Source: Phallusia mammillata
Lineage: Eukaryota
DNA length: 64,000 nucleotides
Assembly (NCBI GenBank): GCA_965637545.1
Contig: OZ281497.1
Location: 29,016,001 to 29,080,000, forward strand
Direction of reading: 5' to 3'
Shown: in pieces, positions 27,568 to 39,347 of the stretch
Numbering within the stretch: position 1 is the stretch's first letter
How the letters are laid out: each line of letters opens with the position of its first letter
Program-made: the position numbers and the translations under genes
Notes under the pieces: model-generated
Told to the model about the DNA's origin: nothing
The model's input: only the letters and a program-made list of their open reading frames with translations
The model's database searches: none

Positions 27568-30500
27568 TCATAAACCTGGTCCAATATATGTGTCCGAGGT
27601 AACGCCGGTCTCCTTGAAACGTTGATTTGACCTATCGATTCTGCCAAAAGCTGTTAAATTAGACTTTCCTTCATTTAATACTGTTTAGCACTACTAAGTT
27701 AATTTTACCTGGGTAAAATGTAGCTCATGTAAACAACACATTATCACCATCAATTAGATTTGATTATATTTCATAGTTAAAGTTTCACTCACAAAACGTA
27801 CTTTACGTAATTGTTGAGTAAATGTACGGCAAAGAACGTGTGTTTTACCATACAAAGCCCCCAACGACAAATTTGACAAGGCAAACACATAACGATCTTG
27901 AGTATAGGTGAAAACTTCTCTCTACAGACGGATTTACTTAGCTGTTGGATATAAGATTAATTTGCTCCATATGAGATAACCAGCTCCGATAATTACAGAA
28001 GCCAGAAGAACAAACATCACAAGTTGGAAGATGTTGTCAGCTGTTTCCTTTGTTTCATCTCTGTCTCCTGATTTGTCTGCAAAAAATGTTTAACTTAGAT
28101 ATACACAATTGTGCGAGAGCATATTTATCACTAAAACCTGCACTTAATAAGCATATTTATACTAAAGCCTTTATGCTGGTCAACTTTGAACAATACTATG
28201 TATAGATATCATCGCACGCCAGACCTAAAATAAGAGTTATAACGAATTAAGCAGATAATGAAGGCAGCAACATGCAACATGAGATGATTTTCAAAGGAGC
28301 AAGCGTTTTTAATTTTTTTAATTTTTCCGTGTTTAGAAATACTAATCAAATGAAATTTGCCACAGACTTTGGTTACGTATTAATTAAAGCTGGTTTTCGC
28401 TTATGAACGCGGGTATTGGAAATAGCACATTAAAAATGATGACTAAAGGAAAACAAGGCACTTCGTTTATTGTGTTGTTACCTTGCACAAGCAAATACTT
28501 GGTAGTTTGTAAGATGTGCACTGGCCCTGCAGAAAGTCGTTGGTTGCGTCCTTTGTTTTCAACAGATCGCCGTCCTACACCTCCACACGTCTGTAAATAA
28601 ATTAATACACTCTAGTTATTGCATCAGGGATTTAACATTAGGTGTTTTAGTTCAAAGACTTGAAACAAATTTATACATACCGAATCTGTCTGAAAGATGT
28701 TAGTGATAAACAACATAAGTTTTGTAAAAGTAAACTTTTAAATCGGTGATCTAAGTTACTATGTCTAATTTTGGAGAGAAATATTATCAACTCAACTCAC
28801 CTGTCCAGGGCATTGTCCAGTCGAGTTTTGACAGACGTCACGTCGCAGTGGATGTAGATAAATTGTTCTACGTCGGTAAAGTTTGTCCACACAAAGCTCA
28901 TCAGTTTGAATGTTGCAAAGTTGGATTCGTAATTTTGGATTAACATTTTCGCGTCGGCAGCCTCACCTCCACTGGGTTGAGCATCGCACCTAATATTTTA
29001 AAATCAAGGTACATCGAATATGGTTCGGAGAGGAACATAATGAATAAAGACCGAAAATAGTGGTCGAATGTTGGTAAGATTACCCGCTTTGTACAATCTG
29101 GTAACTCGGCAAACCACTGGAGTTTTCAACGCGCGTCGCCCAACATTCTTCAAGCTGTGCAAACAAATTCAACTTAGATTGTAAGTTGCAATTAAATCAT
29201 GCCAAACAAACGAAAGCAATTTGTTTTTCAATATATATATATATATACATATATAATTTGAACGTGGTATAATGAATTAAATGTCAAAAACCCAGTTGCA
29301 AAAGTTGTTTTATAAACATCGTATGTGATACAACAATGTGTTTAAAAATTTCATGAAAAGTTTAATGCAAAATTTTAGTGCTATGTTTGGAAGCATAAAT
29401 TCATAACTGGGATTAGCCCTAAAGTGATTATGCAGACCAGCGATCCCTACACACTCATTTAAAATCTTAGTACGTCCGACTCATTGAACATGTGCAGCAT
29501 TCGAGGCAAGCTACGGTGCTAAATATTCGACATTGAACGGTTTGACAGCTGGACTTCGTAGCTCAGTTGTTAGGGTGCAAGTCCCGGAAAGACTTCCGCC
29601 GTGTGTTACCACAGCCTAAAGCAAACACCTTGCCATGTGGGACTGGTTGGTGACAGATTGTTTCGGTAATACATCTTCAATGGGCCTGGCGTACTGTGAT
29701 TAACCTGGAAGCATAATTGGCGCTAAAAGCTTTGTTTGTTTTCTATGCACCTGGACAATAAAGTCATCATTGCTTGCAGAAATCTCATCAAGTTTAGCTT
29801 GAGCAAAAATGCAGTTAGGCACAGTTACTTCCCCGGGCAAGCTCTCGTTGAAATGTTCATTGGTGAAAAGACTTAAAGAGACATCGAACGTGCCTGTATT
29901 TGTAGCCGAAGTTTCAACGGATCTGCAAAAAGTTCACAAGATTTCGATTTGAACTACTTGTACTTGTCAATCCATACCGCTATTTATTCATTATTTTGGA
30001 TACTTTGTCTGTATGTTTTATTTTTAGTTAATAAAATATAAAAGTAAATTTTCTCCTCACAATTAGACATTACGTCTGTTATATTTATCTTATTTGTGTT
30101 GTTGTTGGACGTTGAGAAAGGGAAGATTAATAATTTATTCTTAATTTTAAAATTAACGATATCCTGTATGCCACTTGTTACGGCAAACAAAACCTATATT
30201 GTCCAATGACACTTGACGAGTAGCATCTGTCAAGTGACGTATGTCGGTACAATCTTCTTACTCGATTTGTGGTTGAACATTGGAAGACGAGAGAAGTTGT
30301 TTGGCGTTAAATAGACAAGTGACATTGAGCTTGTTTTGAGGGTCGCGTTGGATCACGGCAGGGGTTGGAGCTAGAAACCTCCAGATCAGGAAAGACACCG
30401 ACACCATATTGTTCTCATTCTGGTAATAATAAATAAACTATAAAGCGTCATTGTTTTCAACAACAAAGTTTAGAGAAACGAAAAACGTCGGTAAAAACAT

Positions 30501-31460
30501 CGTGTCAAATATTTACAGTAATTTCGGTAAGCCAAACATTTAATTTAGGAAATCATTCGTACAGCGACAAACTATAGCATATTACCTTATAGATCGCTTC
30601 ACACTCGCCCAAGTCAAACACGAACACCGGATCTGACCCCGTGACCTTGCAGTTGTCATTGAGGTGTGAAAGGGGGGTTTCCCGATCCAATGCGATGTAA
30701 AGTTTGTCACCAAGTTCATAATCAAGTGTCTGTTGTTCTTGACCTGTTACTCTGAGCAGATTTGTTTAATTAGATAATTTTTTGAATCACAAAAAATATC
30801 AGTCAGTTGCATATCTTGATGTCTGAACATTAGAGTAGTTTAAATTAAATTGAATTTTTTTTTTCAGATTTGCACAGATTTAATATTGAGCTACATTTGC
30901 AAGTTTTTTAAGAGATGTTAACAAGTAGAAGTTTGCGGGCATTGGGCATGGCGTTTAAGACGTTAACTTGCTCATTGTGTCTTTTAATGGTCCAATGCAA
31001 GGGTGCACAACCTATGCGCTACGACGGTCGCAACGCAGACCAATTACCCCTTGATTGTATCATACATATACACGATCTAATATGGGATATAAAAATCTTA
31101 ACTGTTTACGACGTCAAAAACTATATTGTGGCGCTTGTGGTGCATGTTCGTTTCGAATTGTTAGCACAGAGCAGAAGTACAAAATGCCTGACGCATTTTG
31201 CTAGTGGACTCTTTCGAGAACTAAAACATCTGTTTAGTGCAGTTTGATAATGAAAATATTTAGCAAAGTAGTTTTATATACGTCATGACAGCCAGTACAT
31301 ATATTTTAATAAGCCTGTGCGGCCGCATGTGGTTGTACCGCCGCAGGTCGCGCACTCCTGATCCAGTATAACCTCAAATCAAAGTAATTCAAACAAAAAT
31401 CTTCAACTTACGCAATGGTCAAACTTTGTTCCCTGCATTCAACAGATGGCGGCGACGGCC
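27568..31460 (-). CDS. Zona pellucida (ZP)-domain single-pass membrane protein, 5'-incomplete and probably pseudogenised; exons 31460-31412, 30751-30586, 30419-30262, 29922-29751, 29154-29084, 28989-28801, 28590-28482, 28076-27926, 27640-27568
   Basis: ZP-N: SVECREQSLTI..LNDNCKV..FDLGEC..IQRDPQNKLNVTCLF. ZP-C: GTFDVSLSLF..LEECWATR..SGCD..FKLMSFVW..IYIHCDV. Also a furin-like GRRS, EHP LSAGPVHI and TM. There is a 1-nt frameshift near 28840 and a CAA>TAA stop at 27934. Confidence 0.85.
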
Positions 31461-32766
31461 CTGAAACATATAAACACAAAGCTGAACAGATTCCATATAA
31501 GTAATTCTTGGAAACATCTGTAATGTGGTTCAAAGGAATCTTTTCGTGTCCCAGTTTATGTGTTACATTGTAGGGGCAGCCTTGTATTACGGCAGAGGCT
31601 TATTTTTACGAGTCTATATTTAAAATTTACTCCTTGATTGGTGGGCCAACAGGACGATAAAGCCATTAATGGTGGGTATAAAGGTAATGTCCAGAAAGAC
31701 TGATACAATTTTAGAGACATGGTCTTTTACTGAATTTTATTGCACCATTTTTGACCCTGCGCAATATGTGTGTGTTACTCCGATCCAGGTTAATAGTAGA
31801 CACAATTCATTTTAATTCACAAAAAAAAAAACATTGTAGCTATAGTGCTCAATAGGTAAAGAGTTTTAATGTCGTAGGATTAGATGGACAAAAAAAGAAT
31901 TAATTTTCCCGTAATTGGCACAACCATTGAGAAAGCTTTCTGCACTATTGTTTACTGGGGATGAAAAACTTGTTCCATAAAAAAAGTTATGAAAAAATAG
32001 ATGATAATCTATTGTTTCACGAATAATAGTTGGTTGAAATCTTCAACAGCAAGGTAGCATATGAAACCTGACAACGATACAAGATTTGGGACTATTGAGT
32101 TAAACTTTTTGTTACATTTCATTGAAGAAAGCTAGCGTTAACCAAACTAAAAAAGTATTTTTAATTAGCAGACCAGTGTTTGTAATGAATATGGTACTGT
32201 TGATGTACAACCTGGAATGAAAATATTTTGAATAAGTATTTTAGTTAAAACATTTGTGTTTCACCATAAATTTTTATTCAATTTGCATGTAAGCTAATAC
32301 TTTTTTTTAAAGATTGTTAGTTTTAAGTGGACTTTCTAAAACTTCATTAAACAACATTCAAGGTTTAGATTTAGAAAATCTTCTAATTATAAGGTAGTGT
32401 TAAAAATTATTTGTTCAGTTGTTTGGGGTTTGCGGCTATTTAGTATCAAAATCTCATTTCTAACCTTGCAGTGTTTCGAACCCTGCATTGCTGCAGTGCG
32501 CTTTGCTTTGATTGTGCTGCAACACCCGATCCGTCTGATTTCAGACGCTTGAAACTGTCGAATTCTGGATAATCCCGTGCCTTTATGCTGTCGTATTATA
32601 ATCTGTGTTAAGGATTCTTTCTTTAAAAGAAATGCGCTGCACAGTGCACGGAAAAACATAGAAGGGAATTACCCTTTATGCTATCCGTCGGCTGCGGCTC
32701 TTAAATGACAAATGATATCGTTGAAATTGCTGAAACCTGTAACGTGCAAAAATAAAAAAAATAAAA

Positions 32767-35700
32767 ATGAGAAGTAAATGTGGAAGGTCTGCAAGTGGAT
32801 ATAACTTGTTTTGCGCTTCACTGAAAGGTGGTGGTAAGTAGTCATTAATTGTATAGTCATTTAAAAGTAAAGTTGTATAGGGATACTGTCAGTGGTGGGT
32901 TTCAACTTTTTTATCACTTTTTTATCAGCCGGTGCTATCACAAAAGTCATATTTTTTGCTGATTTTGTTACAAAAAGTCTATTGACAGTAACCAGTAATG
33001 GCAACCAGTTCGCAGATCCCATAAAATTTTATGGACCGATTGCAACCAGCTGAATCCCACCACTGGGCTCTGGATACAGTCATGCAATGGTTCTTTGACA
33101 CATTAATAGTGGAATACGCCCAATGACAGCATATGTGCCACACAAACCCCTGTTTATTTAGGTGTTTAGCTATCATAGCCCAATGGTCTACTTTTTGTTT
33201 ATCTGGAACTTTGGTGCAGAAAAATTTAATCATACACATGTCCATTCATTACCCCCGGACCTTTCCCCTTTGAATTCTTAAGTAAACAGTTTATTGCTCA
33301 AGTGACTATATGGCCAATGTTTGGCTCTCACTAATTCTGTTGCTCAGTTGTTATGTTCCTTATTATTTGGTTTGTGCAATTTGTTTAAATCAAAGCATGA
33401 CAAATAAAACAGTGAAATTAGTAAACACCTGTGGACCTGAACTACTGTGCCATTGGTGTGTGTTTATCTGATCTTTTTTCTGTTATATATGACATATGTC
33501 GGTGGGTGAAAAAAGAGTTAAGAAAACTAAACAATTACAAATTATATATCCAGTTACTACTTCCTGGAGTATAACCATTAACAAAGCTTTGCTGTTGAAT
33601 TATATTTAATAATATTTCAACCTTTACATATATTTATACAAGATTAATATGCTGATTCAACTGGTACTTTTTGACTTATAAGACATTTAGATTATGAAAA
33701 ACATGTTTATGTGGTTCCCCAGGCTGTTTACCGCTTAGGCTCTTAATAGTTAAACTTGAACTCTTCCAGTCACTGTCAACATGTATATATTGAAGCTATT
33801 TACGAAGTTACAGAAGTTACAGTGTAGCTGTAAACGTTTTTTCAAAAGAATTTTTTAAATTAAATATTGGCATAGTGACATTGAGTCTTGACTCGCCTTG
33901 TTTTTAAGCAGTTGCTTGGTCATAGTGGATGCAGTTTCCCTGTGGCTTATCCCAATTTGCGGCATCAAACTGATATGGCATGACATGTCAATTAAGCCTG
34001 TTACTTCCAATAAACTGCAGTACATTAAATGTAGCTACACTAGCCTATACAGTCAACTGTATGAGTTTGATAGAGTGGGCACTGTCTGCAGCTTAACTTC
34101 TAAATTGTTTCAGAAATTTCTACATTTGGTAAAGAATGGCAGAATTTATCAGAAAGTGAAAAAAATACTTGGAAGGAAAAAGCCAAGCAATCAATTCAAC
34201 CTAATATGACAGAAAGACAACAGAAATCATACATAAAAAGACAGACAGACATGATTACACACTGTGTGAGTGACATTATGATGTTATAAACAAGTAATAA
34301 GTTTGAGAAATGCTTAAGTAGGTTGTAGATTTTAGTGAAGAGTTAACTACAATATCTAATGCAGAACACTATCATACTAGTGCATTCTCTTAGAGCAAAA
34401 ATCTGGAGAAAGTAAATGTAGAGGTTGTGGGAATGGTGCTGAAGAGTGGTGTGTTGCAAGTATTTGGAACTAATAAATCTGTGCAATGGTTGGAAAACAC
34501 AATTGATGTCCAACGACAATTTGTATGCAATTCCCACTTAGGTAATGATAAATATTTGTTAAGCTAAAAAGAAGAAGCAGTTTTCCATGCTTGTATACCT
34601 CTTTTTATTTACAGATGGTTGTAACACAGTTGAGAATACTTTAAGAGAAAACTTACGTAGAATGGTCCAAGATTTATTTAATTCAAAGTACTGTAAGTTG
34701 TTTTTACTTACATAGTTTTAACAATTTTTTTAGCTGCAATGTTTAATTACAGCGGAAGCTGTTGGCAAAGCTTCTCGAGTTCCGTATAAGAAAAGAAATT
34801 ACACAGTTACTGGTTTGCCGGAAGGTGTCTCTTTTTCAAAACCTTCGAAATATGGGGTTCTTAAACTCAAACAAATTTTGTCAGTTAAGGAAAACATAAT
34901 GTTTACTGTTGACCGGTATGTATACACTTTTGTTTTTATATCATTGATCAATGTTGGTTTGTCATTTACTGTAAAAACTGATGTATTATTGTGTTTTTAG
35001 GATTGCTACAAATATAGAATTGGGAAAAAACTCTGAAGGTAATCTATCTCTGCAACATAACAAAACACCACTCTTACTAAGGTTTTCATTTTAAATACAG
35101 TAAAATGGCATATTTAAAATTACCAGTATATATAATGAAATCATTTTCACACATTCAATTTCCTACTTTTTTAATGATATTATTGTATTTAAGATGATCA
35201 AATTCCTAATGACGCTCAACAAAATGTTACCATGGAAGGAGATGATCAACATGTTGCTGAGGGTAATTTCATTTATTTCAGTTACTATTTGATAAACTGC
35301 CAAACGCTATTTCATAGCAGTACATCTAGTAAACATGCACTTATAATGGGCTAGTTATGTAAAATTTTTGTTTAATTACAGAGCAAGAGGAAGAAAATAC
35401 TGTTACTGCTGAAAGTTCAAACGAAACTAACAAAGAACACCTACAAAGTCAACCGGGTAAAATATGTGTTTTAAATCTTTTAGTGTTTTGCTGTAATATG
35501 CTTTGTGTTCCAGTGTGCCAAATGCAAACAAAATCATGACGCTGGTGGCCACAAGTGCAATAAGCATACATAGATGTAGGCTTACATTACAGATAACAGA
35601 AACTTAAGAAAGGTTAATTCCAATATTAATTATTTTTAACTTCGCTTAAGCTCATTGTGACACAAAAAAGGAAAGCTGAATAAAAGGACGTATCTATTTT

Positions 35701-36102
35701 TGTCCATTGATGTGTAACAGCTAATTTTGTAACCCTTTTGTCTATTTACGTATGTTTTAACATTTAGATGGAAGGAGATTAAAGAGAAGAAAAAAGGGAA
35801 AACCATTTTCAAAAAGAAAAGTCTCTAAATCAAAATGTAAGGTCATGTTACATTGTCAGAACTTTTTTAAATGACGTACTTACGTTTTGTAACACTTATG
35901 TTCGTCACTATCACAAATCGAATGCTTGGTTGTTTTTGTAGGGACCCCAAAACAACTAGACACTCTACGCAATGAGCCTGAAAACTATTGCTCGGGTTGC
36001 GGAGAATTTTATTACACCAGCACACAAGAAAATGAAGACTGGGTTATGTGCGCTTGTGGTTCATTTCATCACGAGTTTTCGTGCCAGTGCCACTGCAAGT
36101 AG
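32767..36102 (+). CDS. Transposon accessory protein, ~339 aa: HMG box + GTF2I-like I-repeat + acidic linker + basic NLS + PHD-like finger; exons 32767-32833, 34114-34265, 34394-34541, 34615-34692, 34753-34915, 35001-35038, 35194-35262, 35382-35456, 35768-35836, 35942-36102
   Basis: Ten GT-AG exons join in frame with no stop (1020 nt). HMG: RSASGYNLFC..GKEWQNLSESEKNTWKEKAK. I-repeat: LRRMVQDLFNSKYSEAVG..VPY..VTGLPEGVSFSKPSKYGVLKLKQILSVKENIMFTV. C-terminus: YCSGCGEFYY..EDWVMCACGSFHHEFSC. Confidence 0.88.
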
Positions 36103-36940
36103 GAAGTAGCCCAATACATTGCATTCAATAAAAGAAAAAAATCGTTTTACTTTGTGCATTCGTTGTTTTTTTACTAAGATTGGGAAAAGTGAAAAAAGGG
36201 CTAAAACCGCAAACCGGCGTACCCCACTTAGCAAGAGTACCTCACTTAACCCATGCCATAACAGGAAATAAGCGATGGGACTAAATAGGGCCTTAAACAA
36301 GGGCTAAGCATGCATTTTCGCGGTTGGTATATGCAGACTAAGTGACCTTAGCGTAAGCTAAGCGAGCTAAGTGTTGGCTGCGCAGGCTGAGGTAGCTCGC
36401 AGTTTTAACGGGATCCAAGACTTGTGAAAAACATAAAATAGATTAAAATGATGTGATGTTGAGGCATGGATATGTGACAATAAAGAGAGTAAACATATTC
36501 AAAAGTAATGGAACGTACTGTCGTTTCAGTTTTTATGAGGTAAACAATATCAACAACACCAATAGCCAGCAACAAATTACAAATTTCCAGGTGTTAGTTA
36601 CTCACTGTACCATAACAATGGTTTATTACGTCACTATTGATAGTTGTTGACGAATTTAAAAACAATGATTATTCAACGCACTTAAGGTTTTGACTGGTAG
36701 TAAAAATTAACGCAATTCCTTCCCTTGCATGCAACCTGTATATAAACACCCAAAAGGAAGGGTAATGAATAAAATTTGTTGACAACTTGTAGTGTTACAA
36801 ATCAAAACGCCCAACATTGCCAGTTCAATTAGTTTAAATACCTGGTTTGGCAAAGAATAGTGGCCTGCCATAAGTCATAATGCGTGTCTGTTTTTTTAGT
36901 TTAAATTTACCTCAGTTTGTTTGTGTGAGCCGGTCGTTCT

Positions 36941-38586
36941 ATCTTTAACCGTACGTGTTTTGTAGTCGATTGGGCTTAGCCGCACAGACAACTAGTAATA
37001 ATTCAGGCGGTCGTGCCCTTCATTTCATGACGATGCACGCTTCTCATTTTTGATTCTCTTATTGAAGTAACCTGAAACTTTGCAAGCTGTTGGTGACTGC
37101 AATTATAAATTGGCTAGTGAAAACCGTTTCGTTTTATCTTTAACCGTTCGTGTTTTGTAGTCGATTGGGCTTAGCCGCACAGACAACTAGTAATAATTCA
37201 GGCGGTCGTGCCCTTCATTTCATGACGATGCACGCTTCTCATTTTTGATTCGCTCATTGAAGTAACCTGAAACTTTGCAAGCTGTTGGTGACTGCAATTA
37301 TAAATTGGCTAGTGAAAACTGTTTCGTTTTATCTTTAACGGTTCGTGTTTTGTAGTCGATTGGGCTTAGTCGCACAGACAACTAGTAATAATTCAGGCGG
37401 TCGTGCCCTTCATTTCATGACGATGCACGCTTCTCATTTTTGATTCGCTCATTGAAGTAACCTGAAACTTTGCAAGCTATTGGTGACTGCAATTATAAAT
37501 TGGCTAGTGAAAACCGTTTCGTTTTATCTTTAACCGTTCGTGTTTTGTAGTCGATTGGGCTTAGCCGCACAGACAACTAGTAATAATTCAGGCGGTCGTG
37601 CCCTTCATTTCATGACGATGCACGCTTCTCATTTTTGATTCGCTTATTGAAGTAACCTGAAACTTTGCAAGCTATTGGTGACTGCAATTATAAATTGGCT
37701 AGTGAAAACCGTTTCGTTTTATCTTTAACCGTTCGTGTTTTGTAGTCGATTGGGCTTAGCCGCACAGACAACTAATAATAATGATTCGGACGGTCGTGCC
37801 CTTCATTTCATGACGATGCACGCTTTTCATTTTTGATTCGCTTATTGAAGTAACCTGAAACTTTGCAAGCTGTTGGTGACTGCAATTATAAATTGGCTAG
37901 TGAAAACCGTTTCGTTTTATCTTTAACCGTTCGTGTTTTGTAGTCGATTGGGCTTAGCCGCACAGACAACTAATAATAATGATTCGGACGGTCGTGCCCT
38001 TCATTTCATGACGATGCACGCTTTTCATTTTTGATTCGCTTATTGAAGTAACCTGAAACTTTGCAAGCTGTTGGTGACTGCAATTATAAATTGGCTAGTG
38101 AAAACCGTTTCGTTTTATCTTTAACCGTTCGTGTTTTGTAGTCGATTGGGCTTAGCCGCACAGACAACTAGTAATAATTCAGGCGGTCGTGCCCTTCATT
38201 TCATGACGATGCACGCTTTTCATTTTTGATTCGCTCATTGAAGTAACCTGAAGCGTTGCAAGCTGTTGATGACTGCAATTATAAATTGGCTAGTGAAAAC
38301 CGTTTCGTTTTATCTTTAACCGTTCGTGTTTTGTAGTCGATTGGGCTTAGCCGCACAGACAACTAGTAATAATTCAGGCGGTCGTGCCCTTCATTTCATG
38401 ACGATGCACGCTTTTCATTTTTGATTCGCTCATTGAAGTAACCTGAAGCGTTGCAAGCTGTTGATGACTGCAATTATAAATTGGCTAGTGAAAACCGTTT
38501 CGTTTTATCTTTAACCGTTCGTGTTTTGTAGTCGATTGGGCTTAGCCGCACAGACAATTAATAATAATGATTCGGGCGGTCGTGCC
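36941..38586. repeat. Tandem array of a 195-bp unit (198 bp in two units), ~8.4 copies
   Basis: Unit starts (atctttaac) at 36941, 37136, 37331, 37526, 37721, 37919, 38117, 38312 and 38507. Confidence 0.95.
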
Positions 38587-38857
38587 CGGTAGAGCTACTA
38601 ACACCATAACGAGAATCAGAACTTCGCTTTCACAAGGGGGCGTAAAGAGCTGAATTTTTACTTAGCGGCTATAAATGGGTTGGGAAATAATTACATACAA
38701 TTTTTGCATTAGTAACTAATTTTTGGGTTAGTTTTATTGAATTTTAAGTGCTAATACCTTACTCCGATCCTAATAGCCCTAACCGTGAACATTTTTGGAG
38801 ATACAACTAACCACATTTGGGTGTGTGATTCTCGTTATGGTGTTAGTAGCTCTACCG
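38587..38857. mobile_element. MITE-like element, 271 bp, abutting the tandem array
   Basis: Perfect 32-bp TIR CGGTAGAGCTACTAACACCATAACGAGAATCA; no TSD visible. Confidence 0.8.
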
Positions 38858-39347
38858 TTTACTACAGAGAGAATTTAAAATTTGCACAAAAGCTTTACAA
38901 TCGCATATTTAGAAATTTTCTGACAAGAAGGCGACCAAAATAATGCATGATTGAAACATATAGAACACAGATAGTAAAACAGTTAATTGCGCGGTCGCCA
39001 ACTTTAATTTCCAACAAAAAAGTAACATAGCAGACAGACAGTGACGCAACAATCGCAATCAAACGAATAATGCTTTACAGTTTACACTTTAAGCCTTGCA
39101 TTTATTTGTAACTATATTTCGTATTGGTTGACTTGCTTTGATGAAACGAATATTAAACATTTAAAAAACGTTTTGCCATAAACGAGGCAATCTACCACAT
39201 GTATAAACCTTATTTGGACATTTCAAAGTTAACCGAAAAGCACTGGAGCAATAGAATTACTTAAACATAAATCACAGTTGAAAAACAAAACACAAAACAC
39301 ACAAAAAAGAACACCAGCACTACAATTTAACTTTACAAATCAAGCTA

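Noticed and set aside
30915-31247. 110-aa ORF and similar short ORFs from the track (e.g. 12751-13125 N-terminal part, 32387-32659, 42968-43177)
   Set aside because: They are intronic, antisense or TIR-overlapping, with no recognisable motifs.
36941-38586. Regular repeat array as a CRISPR locus
   Set aside because: Whole 195-bp units repeat with no unique spacers; the context is eukaryotic and there are no cas genes.
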